This document shows, one piece after another, positions 29,202-39,540 of a DNA stretch of 64,000 nt (its first letter is position 1; every line of letters starts with the position of its first letter). Below the pieces are notes generated by a model. It was not told the DNA's origin and did no database searches. It saw nothing but the letters and a program-made list of their open reading frames with translations. The stretch is taken from IMG/VR virus record IMGVR_UViG_3300042356_001602; one strand, written 5' to 3'. Origin of the DNA: a virus. Lineage: Duplodnaviria; Caudoviricetes. Made by a program: the position numbers and the translations under genes.

Positions 29202-30212
29202 TTAAACTCTCCAGAGCCATTCAGGATGAGCTTTAGTCCACTCGACTGTTAACTCTAAAGATCTCTCAAGAGCCATAGGAGCTACCCATCCAGCATCTGC
29301 AAGCTTTGTTCCATCTAGTGCATAACGAAGATCATGTCCTGGTCTTGTTGTGTGGAAGTCCTCAAATGTAAAACTCAATTCCTTGCCCCAGTACATAGCT
29401 ACAAGCTGAGCCATCTCAAGATTATCAATCTCTTTTTCGCCAACGATATGATACTTATCTGGTCTATCCGCATCTGGATAAGATGTAGCTGGTAGATTCT
29501 TCAAGATGAACACTAAAGCATCAGCCTGGTTTCTTGCGTGCAAGTAGAATCTTGATCCAATGTTTTCAGGAGTGCCGTGTATTGTCATTGGTATATCTTT
29601 CTCAAGACAATACATAATCTTTGGAATAAACTTCTCAGGATCCTGACGCTCACCAATAATATTCATAGTGTTAGTAATCACTACTGGAACACCAAAGGTA
29701 CGCCAGTAAGATATGCATGCAGCTTCTTGTGCAGCTTTAGATCCAGAGTATGGGTTAGATGGAAGGATGGTATCCCATTCTTTGTGAGCATATCCCTTTG
29801 GAGCCGGACCATATACCTCATCTGTAGAGACCTGCAAGAATACTTCTGGTTTGATCTTACGTGCAAGCTCTAGCATGTTAACTATAAGTGCTACGTTATT
29901 AGTTATGAATGGAGCTGGATCTGTAATTGATCTATCTACATGTGAATCAGAAGCCATAGAAATAATATAATCAATATGACCCATGTCTTTAATCATTACG
30001 TCAGAGAATGGAACAGTAAGATCATGAGTGATTAGTTTTACTCGATGCTTATTTTCTTCCCATGATTTGATAGAAGTAATTCTATCTGTCACTCCACGGT
30101 GACGGAATGAATCGCTAATGACGACATCCCAATCTGTTGTTTTAAAAATATGTTCTAATGTGTGATGTCCTACAAAACCACCAGCACCTGTTAGTAATAC
30201 TCTTTTGCTCAT
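29202..30212 (-). CDS. rmlB: dTDP-glucose 4,6-dehydratase-like NAD-dependent epimerase/dehydratase
   Basis: LLTGAGGFVG, SHVDRSI, STDEVYG, PYSGSKA, RPGHDLRYALD. Confidence 0.9.
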   Translation of the reverse strand: MSKRVLLTGAGGFVGHHTLEHIFKTTDWDVVISDSFRHRGVTDRITSIKSWEENKHRVKLITHDLTVPFSDVMIKDMGHIDYIISMASDSHVDRSITDPAPFITNNVALIVNMLELARKIKPEVFLQVSTDEVYGPAPKGYAHKEWDTILPSNPYSGSKAAQEAACISYWRTFGVPVVITNTMNIIGERQDPEKFIPKIMYCLEKDIPMTIHGTPENIGSRFYLHARNQADALVFILKNLPATSYPDADRPDKYHIVGEKEIDNLEMAQLVAMYWGKELSFTFEDFHTTRPGHDLRYALDGTKLADAGWVAPMALERSLELTVEWTKAHPEWLWRV

Positions 30213-30225
30213 TTTATTTTCCTTT

Positions 30226-31134
30226 TTAAATTTCATCTTCATCATAAAAAATATCTTCCTTTACTTCATAACTTTCTATCGGAATGCCATAAAGTTTGGT
30301 AACAAGAGCAGAACATAATCTCGGCTTGTAGCCAAAAACGCCAATAGAGTTGTGCCCTTCGGCTCTCTTCTTGGCTATTTCGTACCACTCTTCTTTGCCA
30401 TATTTTTCTTCACCATCATACCATTTTTTTTCACCTTTAGTTGAATGTTTCAAATACATTCTAACTAAAAATTTACTACTCTTTTTTATTCCATCAACCG
30501 CATGAAAGTAAGGTTCGCCACCTGGGTATAAGGGTGAGCCAGAAGGGAATACAATTATCTCTCCAGCTTGTGGTTTATACTTAATTATTTCATCACCTAT
30601 AGAAAACATTATCTCCCCACCCTCATAATCATCATTCATATATGTTGTAGCAGTTAATAAGAATTTTTCCCCCGGCCAATACCATTCCCCAATCCCATAG
30701 TCAGTGTGGTACTGCATAGTCTTGCCTTCGCCAGTATCTACTCCTGGATTATATCTACCTATATTTTGATCTGATATATAAGAGTTTTCTGGCAAGGTCA
30801 CATCATTAATGGCTACATAATTACTAATTGCAGCTGTTACTGCTTCATTAAGTCTAATATGTAATAATAACTCTTGTTCATATAAATCAAAATCATAACT
30901 AATACCATTATCAAAAGATTCTTTAATATCTTGTATTATAAATTTGTAATATCTTGAACTACAATATTTTCCAAACACAAACCAATCAGTCCATTTAGAA
31001 TAAACACCCTTGCCCTGCGATTCATTTTCTGATTTTTTCATTATAGTGTGAAGGCTTTTATGGTCCGGAAATAAATTAGTATATACAAAAATTTTAGGAT
31101 AAATTTCTTTGTATGTTAGATCTAGACTTTGCAT
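30226..31134 (-). CDS. 2OG-Fe(II) oxygenase (prolyl-4-hydroxylase-like)
   Basis: MQYHTD, YMNDDYEGGEI, FPS, FHAV motifs. Confidence 0.88.
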   Translation of the reverse strand: MQSLDLTYKEIYPKIFVYTNLFPDHKSLHTIMKKSENESQGKGVYSKWTDWFVFGKYCSSRYYKFIIQDIKESFDNGISYDFDLYEQELLLHIRLNEAVTAAISNYVAINDVTLPENSYISDQNIGRYNPGVDTGEGKTMQYHTDYGIGEWYWPGEKFLLTATTYMNDDYEGGEIMFSIGDEIIKYKPQAGEIIVFPSGSPLYPGGEPYFHAVDGIKKSSKFLVRMYLKHSTKGEKKWYDGEEKYGKEEWYEIAKKRAEGHNSIGVFGYKPRLCSALVTKLYGIPIESYEVKEDIFYDEDEI

Positions 31135-31142
31135 ACAAAAAC

Positions 31143-31688
31143 TTAATCTTCTAGTGAGTAGAAGTTGGTATAAGAATACTTAGCGCCTTTAATTATAGGA
31201 TTAGTATAGTGTGACTTAAGGGCATCAAAGAAGATAACCATTCCTCTTCTTGGAACTAGAGTCATTAATTTGTTTATCAATAAATCTTTACTCACTTCAC
31301 AAAATATCAATTCTCCACCAGTAAAATCCTCATTAAGATACGTGACAGAACTAATGTCTACTCTCTTTTTATCAAGAGTTTGAACGTACACATCTTCCGG
31401 GGCCCAGTCTGCATGTAGTCCTATGTATTGTCCTTCTGTATAGCGAGTGACTGATCCACTTGTGTATTGAGATATCTTTACCTTGTAGTGTTCCTCTAGT
31501 GTACTAGTCAGCTTAGTATTAATCATGTCAGTTATTGATGCATGAATATAGTCTTTAGGTATTTGATAGCTAAATAAATTTGGGTTATTTGGCGCGGAAT
31601 CAAAAGGTGCATCAGCAAAAGATTCTATTAGTAAATCTAGATCTTTATCATCAATAAAGTCTTCTACTATTAAAGTAGAGTATGTCAT
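31143..31688 (-). CDS. 2OG-Fe(II) oxygenase
   Basis: LHAD, YLNEDFTGGEL, SHYT..KYS. Confidence 0.88.
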   Translation of the reverse strand: MTYSTLIVEDFIDDKDLDLLIESFADAPFDSAPNNPNLFSYQIPKDYIHASITDMINTKLTSTLEEHYKVKISQYTSGSVTRYTEGQYIGLHADWAPEDVYVQTLDKKRVDISSVTYLNEDFTGGELIFCEVSKDLLINKLMTLVPRRGMVIFFDALKSHYTNPIIKGAKYSYTNFYSLED

Positions 31689-32299
31689 TATAGTGTCTCC
31701 CATCTTAAGTATTTTCTGTATTTATCAATTGGCAATACGTTCGGGTCAACCCACCAGTCTTCGTGAATTTCTCTTACTACAAGAGTATACCCTAAAGAAT
31801 CTAGGATTTCTCTTTGTGCGTCACGCATACCAGTATTTCTAAAGTACATATTTGAATCATGCTCAAAAGTTATGACAGAGAATCTATACTGAGTCAACGG
31901 TAAAGATATAAGCCCCAGTAAAGTAAGGTAATGGTTGCCGAACGGTCTACCATCTTCTTGGTAACCAGCGTCTATATCTACTTGAAGATAATCTATTTGT
32001 TTAGGGAAATTATTCTCTTCAAAGTAATTAATATAATTAAACTTTAAAGCATCTCCGTAACAAGGATTTTTTCTATTCGATATAAATTGATTGCGTCTGT
32101 CATCTAGTATTTCAAAGGAAACACCATTCCATTCGTAATCATTCTCAAGATGATATGTGTTACTCCCTAAGTTAGAATCAAAAGCGCCTAACTCAACGTA
32201 ATAACCATTTCTTTTTTCATTTAGTAGATTTAAAACAAAAGCTTCTTGTACACTATCACCCTTATACAGAGGGGGTTTTCTACTAGGATCATGATTCAT
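31688..32299 (-). CDS. FkbM-like methyltransferase
   Basis: YYVELGAFD..SNTY.LE...W.G; IDYLQVDID; FEHD. Confidence 0.8.
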   Translation of the reverse strand: MNHDPSRKPPLYKGDSVQEAFVLNLLNEKRNGYYVELGAFDSNLGSNTYHLENDYEWNGVSFEILDDRRNQFISNRKNPCYGDALKFNYINYFEENNFPKQIDYLQVDIDAGYQEDGRPFGNHYLTLLGLISLPLTQYRFSVITFEHDSNMYFRNTGMRDAQREILDSLGYTLVVREIHEDWWVDPNVLPIDKYRKYLRWETL

Positions 32300-32319
32300 T
32301 TTTACTCCGTGTTTAAGAT

Positions 32320-32395
<76 letters not shown>

Positions 32396-32407
32396 ATATG
32401 TGTTACT

Positions 32408-32416
32408 AGTATACCA
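32408..32416 (-). promoter_or_regulatory. Extended -10 promoter (TGGTATACT) upstream of the atypical tRNA-Gly
   Basis: TGn-TATACT ending 12 nt before the tRNA 5' end. Confidence 0.6.
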
Positions 32417-32502
32417 TGGATATACTCAATATGATTTTCTTTTTGATAGGATTAATGCAAAGGTGGAGAGTCTATTGGACTCTATTAACTAACCCCGCAA
32501 AA

Positions 32503-32730
32503 CTAATCCCTATCATCTAGATCGTAACCACCTAGTTTTACTGTAGCAGTAAACTCTTCTACTATGCCCATGATCTGATTCATCATAGATGGAAATTCTA
32601 CCTTAGTATAAACAAAGATGTCATTTAATGCGTCTGTTATACGAAGGGCAGCTTTGTGAGTTTTTTCATGTGGCATACCTGCTTTGGAAATCTCCGCATA
32701 AATCTGTCTGTAGTTTTCAGTGTAAGTCAT
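32503..32730 (-). CDS. Hypothetical protein
   Basis: Coupled to the upstream gene. Confidence 0.65.
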   Translation of the reverse strand: MTYTENYRQIYAEISKAGMPHEKTHKAALRITDALNDIFVYTKVEFPSMMNQIMGIVEEFTATVKLGGYDLDDRD

Positions 32731-33118
32731 CTATTTCTTCTTTCGTTGGAGATAGCATGGTTGCACTAACCAAGAGACTATCTGTAAATTTAAGGTCATA
32801 ATTTAACCACAGGTCGTATGTATTGACTTTAGTACCAAAAGCATCAGGGTCCAAGTATATCCCCATGTGAACTTGAATGTGTCCATGATAATATATTTTT
32901 TCATAAGTTGATCTTATATCTTCCTCAAAGTCAATAAGATTAGAAACATATATTCTGCCAGCGTTGTCAATATAATATCGATCCAAGACGCAATCCATAT
33001 CTTTTGTTTGAAACTCATCTTGACTAAAAGCAGCCAATATATGAGGGACATACTTTCTGGGTACGTAGCTTTCAATTGGCAGTGGGTAATCTATCTTAAA
33101 GTAATCAAACATTCCCAT
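32717..33118 (-). CDS. Conserved phage hypothetical protein (MGMFDY..FQTKD motif)
   Basis: MGMFDY and EFQTKDMDC motifs recalled from many phages. Confidence 0.75.
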   Translation of the reverse strand: MGMFDYFKIDYPLPIESYVPRKYVPHILAAFSQDEFQTKDMDCVLDRYYIDNAGRIYVSNLIDFEEDIRSTYEKIYYHGHIQVHMGIYLDPDAFGTKVNTYDLWLNYDLKFTDSLLVSATMLSPTKEEIDDLH

Positions 33119-33239
33119 AATTTTCCTGTAATTTAAGGACTAGGTCACTAGCCAGCGAACATAAAGCAATCAAATTGTATCATAGAAAAACATAAAAATA
33201 TGAGTACTATTATTAAATAATAACCCAAAGGGAGAAGCT

Positions 33240-34160
33240 ATGGCTAGTGTAAGAGGAATTTCCGCAAGCATACTAGCCGGTAGTAGCGTAGGAGCTATGG
33301 GTTATGGCTACAACAAGAATAGCCAAGGTAGATATATGGATGCAGTCGGGGCAGGCACTATTGGTGCTGGCCTTGGTGTTGGAGCTTACAAGATTGCTCG
33401 TGGTGGTGGAAAATCTTTATCCAATGCTGACTATGCAAGGCGTGGAGCCAGTGCTATAGAAAAAACTAGTGGCAGATTTAAAAAAGGTGGCATTGGTCTT
33501 GCAGCAATGGGCGTAGGTGGAGCAGCCTACAGTGCACAACAATTTCAACAAGGTGATTATGGTCAAGCTGCAATAGGAGCAGGAGTATCAGCGGTGGGCA
33601 TTGCAGGGGCTTCAGGGATGCTTGGAGCCATGTCTAAGGGCAACAAGGTCTCTGGTGCTATTCGTGAAAGCCTAGACGCTGCAGATGTAGCTATGGAAGC
33701 ATCGAAGAAACTTTCAAATAGAGCAGATGCTTTTAGAAGTCCAAGAAACTTTGGATACGGAACAATGGCAGCTGGCGCTATGACCATGGTAGGGGGAATG
33801 CAAACCGGTTCCATGGGTGCGACTGTTGCCGGAGCTGGAATCATGGCGATAGGCGGTGGCATAACTGCTGTTGGTAGGAGTGGCGTTTCTAGGAATATGG
33901 CTAAGTCAAACGCAGCAAGAAAGTCTTCAATGAAACTAGAAAAAGGAGCTGCTGGGATAGCTAGAAGCGCAGAAAAATTTGGAACAACAAGCCTAGGCAC
34001 TATGCGTAAAGCATCTGGAGCTGCAAGAAGATCAGACAAAGCCCTATCTGAAAGCGTTACCCTACTGAGAAAGAGTAAGGCTGGCTACGGTGCACTTGGT
34101 GTTGCAGCTTTTGGTCTTGGATCAGCAGCAATAATGGGTCATAGCATGGGATTATTCTAG
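33240..34160 (+). CDS. Gly/Ala-rich protein with hydrophobic helical repeats (putative internal virion/ejection protein)
   Basis: GGAG RBS; TACTAT motif upstream; repeated GxGAAxxGxG hydrophobic segments. Confidence 0.7.
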   Translation: MASVRGISASILAGSSVGAMGYGYNKNSQGRYMDAVGAGTIGAGLGVGAYKIARGGGKSLSNADYARRGASAIEKTSGRFKKGGIGLAAMGVGGAAYSAQQFQQGDYGQAAIGAGVSAVGIAGASGMLGAMSKGNKVSGAIRESLDAADVAMEASKKLSNRADAFRSPRNFGYGTMAAGAMTMVGGMQTGSMGATVAGAGIMAIGGGITAVGRSGVSRNMAKSNAARKSSMKLEKGAAGIARSAEKFGTTSLGTMRKASGAARRSDKALSESVTLLRKSKAGYGALGVAAFGLGSAAIMGHSMGLF

Positions 34161-35373
34161 ATGGGTTTTTTTGATAAGCTCAAGAAAGGTCTAGGTGTAG
34201 GCGATCTTGGTCCATCTGGGCTGTCGGGGATGTTGGAGTCTATACATGCCGAAATCCAAAGTTCGCAAACTGCTGTAGAGTCTGCATCTAGCCGGTGTAT
34301 CTCAAACGTTTACAAATGATATTATCTATCCCAATTTAAATCCTCCTGTAACTAGACCTATAATTACAGCTGTAGACACAAAACCTATAGACAAATTCTT
34401 GCAAGACATTGGTAGAATATCAAACCCAGATCAGTTTTCTGAAGCTGAAGCTTTACACCCATTACAAAGAGGTAAAAAGGTATTCTTTTATCACGCCTCT
34501 TCATCTCCAATAGCACCGCACTTGATGGACGTTCATCCAAACGTCCAAGACACTATAGATATTTTATTTGATCAAGGAATTATCAAAGCAGAGGAAATAG
34601 AAGCTGCAAAAAATCCGGAAACACTTTTAAAGATTATTAGTGAAAGAGTTAAAGACGGACCCTTTAAAGAAGCAAACCAAGATAACCTAGATGGAATTGT
34701 TGGCTTCTTATCAGGAGAGAGTCAGGACGCTGCTTCAGTCTTCCATGCCGGAACTTTATCTTCTGCTCGTGATAGAATGGGACGAGAAGCTAGAGATGGC
34801 AGTGATGTTTTCTTGCACGCATATGAGGTGGATACAAGTGTCATGGAAACGGCAATCCATGACGATAGCATGCTCCCCAAACTTTCTAAGCAAGGCGCTG
34901 ATGCAGAACAGATATATACCGAAGCAATAACTAGAAGTGTTGAGGTAGAGGATATTAATCTTAATCCATTCCCTCCCGAATCCGGAATTGAGTTGAAAGG
35001 TACAATAGCTACAGGAAAAAAGGTTGCACTTCGTGGCCGAGTACATCCTTATAGAAACGCTGTAGAAGATATAGGTAACATTTCTGTTTCAATACCAAGA
35101 ACTGCGGTAGGTTCTTCGGTTAGATATTCTGGTGCAGTCGATATGACTCCGGTAATGAATCCTACTATTTTTGATGAATTTGTTAGGCAGCCGATTGTAA
35201 CAGCAAGAAGGGCTCTTGGTACCCTAGGTGCAAAAGTATCGTCTGCTACAGATGACATAGCTGAAAGTGCAGGCCCAGTACAAAGAGTTGCTAGAAGGAT
35301 TGGCGTCATGAGTAGAGGAACATTGGCAAAAGTAATTGAAGCAGGGGAAACTGCAGCTAAAGTAATGAGATAA
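34161..35373 (+). CDS. Putative ADP-ribosyltransferase-fold protein, 403 aa if CGGT 34293-34296 is read as a +1 shift
   Basis: ATG 34161 directly follows the previous stop; TCT AGC CGGT GTA joins to the 324-aa ORF; FFYHAS, FHAGT..SARDR and YRN..ED.G..S motifs resemble polyvalent-protein ART domains (inferred). Confidence 0.65.
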
Positions 35374-35546
35374 TTTTCGGCAGTTTAAGGGCCTAGAGTT
35401 GAAAAAATATTACTTATAATAATTCTATTTTGTACTAGAAAAAAAAGATTTAAATTCCCAGGTGCTAGGAAAAATTTAAAAAGGAATTGGGCCTACAAAT
35501 TTTTTTCTAAATTTTACCCTATATAGCAATTTTAAAAACAAAATAG

Positions 35547-36044
35547 TTAGTAACAACCACTCATTTCACAAATGTCACAAGCCCATTCATAATCAAATTT
35601 TTCAATGTTTTCTTCATTTTCAATAATCAAAATTCCTGAATTAAGATCTTCTTTGGGAAAAGTACAAAAGTAATATCCTAAATTTTTTTGAATATGCAAT
35701 TCATCTGCAAGATTCTTAGCTTCAATCTGTTCTGAAGTAAGAATTCTTTCTATGAGTTCTCCATTAAGATAATAGCTTCTATCTTTTTTATTATTGCCAT
35801 AGCCATAAATTTCTTTTACTTCTTCTATTGTTCTTTCAAAATAATACAAGTATGCACAGTCCCAACAACACTTTGATACCATAGGAAATGATGGTTCTCT
35901 TAAAGTGCCACTATCGGTAATCATAGGTGGTTCAAAATTAGGAATTGGTTTAGGAAAATAAAATCCCATTACATCGGGATGATTAATTTTTTGCTCTTTG
36001 CATAATTCAAGGTATTCAGAGTTACTCATTGTAGGTTTTGTCAT
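35547..36044 (-). CDS. Hypothetical protein with CWDC and CDIC motifs
   Basis: AAAGGAG RBS. Confidence 0.7.
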   Translation of the reverse strand: MTKPTMSNSEYLELCKEQKINHPDVMGFYFPKPIPNFEPPMITDSGTLREPSFPMVSKCCWDCAYLYYFERTIEEVKEIYGYGNNKKDRSYYLNGELIERILTSEQIEAKNLADELHIQKNLGYYFCTFPKEDLNSGILIIENEENIEKFDYEWACDICEMSGCY

Positions 36045-36069
36045 AACATCTCCTTTATTGTATTAAAAA

Positions 36070-36294
36070 TTATTCAGGGATTTGCGTATAGTTGTACTCT
36101 TCACGTAGAGTAGATATTTGAAGTTTGAGATCTTGGTTTTCTAGTTCTAATCTTTTAGCGTGATCTACCCAGAATTTAATAAGTTGTCTCTGATTAGTTA
36201 TTGTTTCACTTTGGGTAAGATCAGGTTGATCAGAATTATTAGGATGACGCTTTAATTTCTTTATTGCCTCTGCAATAGGATTATGGTGTGTCAT
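36070..36294 (-). CDS. Coiled-coil hypothetical protein
   Basis: Operon packing. Confidence 0.6.
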   Translation of the reverse strand: MTHHNPIAEAIKKLKRHPNNSDQPDLTQSETITNQRQLIKFWVDHAKRLELENQDLKLQISTLREEYNYTQIPE

Positions 36295-36487
36295 TTTTTC
36301 CTGCGTTTCTTATTATGTCAATAAAAAAATCTTCAAGAGTAATATTTGCAGACATAGCTGCAAGAGTTATTCTCAAAAATTCTCTATCCGTAAATTTAAC
36401 GGTGCAAATCTTTTTACCGGTTGATTGAAGCCTAAAAATAACTTTATGCTTTCTACGGTTTTTAATCTTTGAAATAATCATCTTCAT
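36281..36487 (-). CDS. Hypothetical protein
   Basis: Start moved to ATG 36487. Confidence 0.55.
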   Translation of the reverse strand: MKMIISKIKNRRKHKVIFRLQSTGKKICTVKFTDREFLRITLAAMSANITLEDFFIDIIRNAGKNDTP

Positions 36488-36665
36488 CTTCAACCACTTC
36501 AAAACAGTCGTCACAATACCATAGCTTATACATTTTATCAACTGTTATAAGATCTGTGTATCCGCCTTGATTTTCATCAAAAGGATTCTTGCAGTTATTG
36601 CAAAAGTCATTATGTATCTGGTTTAGTGCTCTAGTCATAGCATCTCGCATTTCTTTATGATCCAT
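36462..36665 (-). CDS. Small zinc-finger protein
   Basis: CNNC..YCDDC. Confidence 0.65.
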   Translation of the reverse strand: MDHKEMRDAMTRALNQIHNDFCNNCKNPFDENQGGYTDLITVDKMYKLWYCDDCFEVVEDEDDYFKD

Positions 36666-36852
36666 CAGAAGTAAATCCCCACTCTTGACTTATTACGTGA
36701 CACACCTGCTTGCAAACAGGACAACGTGGATTTGAGTATTGTCCCCACATAGAGTGTGATGGTACTTGACCACAAGAACATTGTAATACAACTTCAGGAC
36801 CCCAGGTTCTAATCAATCTATCCTTAGCTTCAAAAGATATATCTCTTTTCAC
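36655..36852 (-). CDS. Small zinc-finger protein
   Basis: CSCG..CPVC. Confidence 0.65.
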   Translation of the reverse strand: MKRDISFEAKDRLIRTWGPEVVLQCSCGQVPSHSMWGQYSNPRCPVCKQVCHVISQEWGFTSDGS

Positions 36853-36853
36853 T

Positions 36854-37309
36854 TTAAGGATTTTCGTGTTGATGAGGAAAATTCCATACTTCTTTAGAAG
36901 AAGGATTTATTCTTTTATTATATTTATCTTGAATAGATTTTCTTTTTAAAAGAATAAGGTTTTGAACTGGGGCATGGAAAGAAGGCCAATTAGCATGAAG
37001 GTTATCCATCATTTTTGTAAAAGCAATGTCAGAATTAGTATAATTGGGAATATAGCTAGAATCTGTAGCTTTAGTCTTAATAGCTTTATAGATATAATAA
37101 AGTTGTTCTTTTTCAGAAGCATCTAAAGAAAACCAACCTTCTGTACCCGTAGAAGCATAAGATGGAGTTACATTAACTGAACTAGTTCCAGTGTAAGGAT
37201 TAGAAGTAGTTATTTGAGAAACAGGTTTTGGGGTAACAGTTTTATCAGTTGTAGCCAATCTAACTATAGCATTGGTTAGATTGTTAATAGCTTGAATTAA
37301 AGATTTCAT
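36854..37309 (-). CDS. Hypothetical protein
   Basis: GGAG RBS. Confidence 0.7.
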   Translation of the reverse strand: MKSLIQAINNLTNAIVRLATTDKTVTPKPVSQITTSNPYTGTSSVNVTPSYASTGTEGWFSLDASEKEQLYYIYKAIKTKATDSSYIPNYTNSDIAFTKMMDNLHANWPSFHAPVQNLILLKRKSIQDKYNKRINPSSKEVWNFPHQHENP

Positions 37310-37328
37310 ATTTTCTCCATTAAATTAA

Positions 37329-37499
37329 TTAGGTGTAACCACGAGCTAACGCGTTTTCTAATCTGTGCATTTCTTGCTCACGATACTGAGCAATCGATTT
37401 CCATTCATCAAGATCCATTTGAAGAATCTCGATTTTGGCAACAGCACATTCTGGGCATTTAGTAACCCACTCCAAAAGTTCTTCTTTACTTTGGTTCAT
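37329..37499 (-). CDS. Small protein (CPEC plus coil)
   Basis: GGAG RBS before ATG 37499. Confidence 0.6.
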   Translation of the reverse strand: MNQSKEELLEWVTKCPECAVAKIEILQMDLDEWKSIAQYREQEMHRLENALARGYT

Positions 37500-37716
37500 A
37501 AGGTTTTCTCCAGATAGAAGGAGAGTGTACACTCTCAATTTTAATTTTATGTTCATCGTCTTCATAAAGACGGATAATGTGCATGCAAGGATCTGATCCG
37601 TCTGCAAACTCATCATCTTCTTCTTCACTCATAGGAAGACCGTCATGAGTATAGCATACAGCTGGTCCACACCAATTGTTATCTAAACCTATTTTAATCC
37701 ACTCGTCAAAATTCAT
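37486..37716 (-). CDS. Conserved small actinophage-type protein (WCGPAVCYTHDG..DPC.H)
   Basis: Motif recalled from actinobacterial phages. Confidence 0.7.
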   Translation of the reverse strand: MNFDEWIKIGLDNNWCGPAVCYTHDGLPMSEEEDDEFADGSDPCMHIIRLYEDDEHKIKIESVHSPSIWRKPYEPK

Positions 37717-37720
37717 AATA

Positions 37721-38053
37721 TTAAAATGGATCGTTGTCTGATTGATCAATAAACTGTTCTTGAAATCCTTGTTGGATAACAGCTAATTCACTCATATCAT
37801 CTACAGCAAAACCTATTTGAAAGTGCTTACCTTTTAATTGATTGTGATTAATAAATTTAGCTAAATCATCAAGAGCAGATTTTAATTCGCTTTTTAGTTT
37901 AGGGTTTAAACTACTGTTAGTAATAAACTCTTGTTTTGAGGCAATGAAATTTTTAATATCAGTGTTGTTAAAGAGAGAAGAATTTTTATTAGATTCAGTA
38001 CTCTTGATAGAATTAGAGTTTTCATTTTTTGATACCTTTGAATTTTGTGGCAT
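37721..38053 (-). CDS. Hypothetical protein
   Basis: ORF; start uncertain (38053 or 38074). Confidence 0.55.
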   Translation of the reverse strand: MPQNSKVSKNENSNSIKSTESNKNSSLFNNTDIKNFIASKQEFITNSSLNPKLKSELKSALDDLAKFINHNQLKGKHFQIGFAVDDMSELAVIQQGFQEQFIDQSDNDPF

Positions 38054-38081
38054 AGGCCAATTGGAACTAATCATTAAGATA

Positions 38082-38393
38082 TTAAACTCTTTCTAAAGGA
38101 AAGACTTTTTTAAGTCTTTTCTGACATTTGTGTGTTGGCTCCTCGTTAATACCAATACCGATTTTAACGGTGGCTTGACAAGAATGGCATAACCATTTTG
38201 TATTAGGTGGATACTTAGTTTTTGCACGACGAGGTTCCGGAGACAAAGGAATGTCTTCCGTAGGATCTTCTTCTTCTACTTCGTCTATTGGTTTAATGGT
38301 ACAATCTGGACAAACCTTTGGTTTTCTTCCTCTAGTTTTCTGACGGTTCCATTCAATGCTGCAAGAGCTGCATGTAAGTTTATCAAAATCCAT
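38082..38393 (-). CDS. Zinc-finger hypothetical protein
   Basis: CSSC..CPDC..CHSC..HKC. Confidence 0.7.
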   Translation of the reverse strand: MDFDKLTCSSCSIEWNRQKTRGRKPKVCPDCTIKPIDEVEEEDPTEDIPLSPEPRRAKTKYPPNTKWLCHSCQATVKIGIGINEEPTHKCQKRLKKVFPLERV

Positions 38394-38405
38394 TATTATT
38401 CCGTT

Positions 38406-39017
38406 CTATGACTCTTCCTGTACATAACAATAGTAAGGGGGACCAGTATAGGGGTCAAATTTTGCAGAAACCGCAATAGCTTTAAGGCAGAAAGTTTTAG
38501 CCTGAGCGATGTTAGGAATGCCCTTTTTAGGAAAGAGGATAGACATAGCACCTAGAGCGTAGGAAGCGCCTGTACCGAGCGCGTAGAGGCCACTGACGTC
38601 AGATGTCCAAGAGTAGTCTCCATCCACAACATAGATGGAGCCATTAATGGAACAGATGACAGTAGAGCCCTGCTCAGCTATGTGGCTTGACTCATCTCTT
38701 TCAGGAGCAGCATAACCTTGAACTTCAAATGTAGCTCTTAAAGATGGTATAAACTTACTAGTAAAGAACTGGTCCAACTTAGAATCTGTTGTGCCTGGTG
38801 GTGGTACAGGTGGCTGAAAGACGTGATGCAGGATATTTATAGCTCTAACATCTCCAGCAGCACCTAAAAGGTATCTACCATTAACTGCTACCTTAGAAGA
38901 GTTTTTTCCTAAAGTTGTTATTTGAGAGGCGAAACCACCATCGTCCATAGAAGATATTCTGGAATCTGTACAAATAATACTGAAACCATCACCTTGAACT
39001 CCAATTATTGTAGTCAT
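38406..39017 (-). CDS. HslV/proteasome-beta-like Ntn-hydrolase (Thr protease)
   Basis: N-terminal MTTIIG, TDSR, K, GAAGD and GTGASYALGAM motifs. Confidence 0.85.
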   Translation of the reverse strand: MTTIIGVQGDGFSIICTDSRISSMDDGGFASQITTLGKNSSKVAVNGRYLLGAAGDVRAINILHHVFQPPVPPPGTTDSKLDQFFTSKFIPSLRATFEVQGYAAPERDESSHIAEQGSTVICSINGSIYVVDGDYSWTSDVSGLYALGTGASYALGAMSILFPKKGIPNIAQAKTFCLKAIAVSAKFDPYTGPPYYCYVQEES

Positions 39018-39221
39018 GTAAATCCTCGTTTATAAATATCGGCAAAAGGATTATACTACATATCCTGGACAAAAACAATTTAAATAGATTCTTGATTAGG
39101 ATTATAATATAAAGAACCAAAGACTTTTAAAGCAATTTCTTTAATTTGCCTAGGGTCTTTAGTTTGATGGGTATAGTAATTATGAGATTTCTGTTTGTAT
39201 GTATTTTTGTTCTTTTTACGT

Positions 39222-39467
39222 TTAGACAACTGTTTCCCCTTGTTTGTACAAGCACTGAGAAAGATAGGTGTCTCTTATGTTAACATTAAAGAACTGACCT
39301 GAAGAGGTAGCTGCAATAAAATTTTCGTAGATAGTTTCAGGAACTTGGCGATAAAGCCAAACTGCTCTTGAACGAAAAATGATAATAAGATCTCTTGTCT
39401 CATTATTCCAAGAGGCAGCATGTAAAACGCTACTCTCTTTAAAGTTGTGTAATTTAAATGTTTCCAT
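39222..39467 (-). CDS. KTSC domain protein
   Basis: SS...ASWN.ETRDL.I.F..R..Y.Y..VP...YE.F..A.S.GQFFN.NIR. Confidence 0.88.
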   Translation of the reverse strand: METFKLHNFKESSVLHAASWNNETRDLIIIFRSRAVWLYRQVPETIYENFIAATSSGQFFNVNIRDTYLSQCLYKQGETVV

Positions 39468-39540
39468 ATTTTTACTTTCGATTATAAAGAGCAGCTATTA
39501 TTCTAGTATTTCGATGGACCTGAGCAATAGCTACCCTTTG

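Noticed and set aside
35374-35546. AT-rich strand-switch region as a replication origin
   Set aside because: No iterons or recognisable boxes were seen; a convergent intergenic region suffices to explain it.
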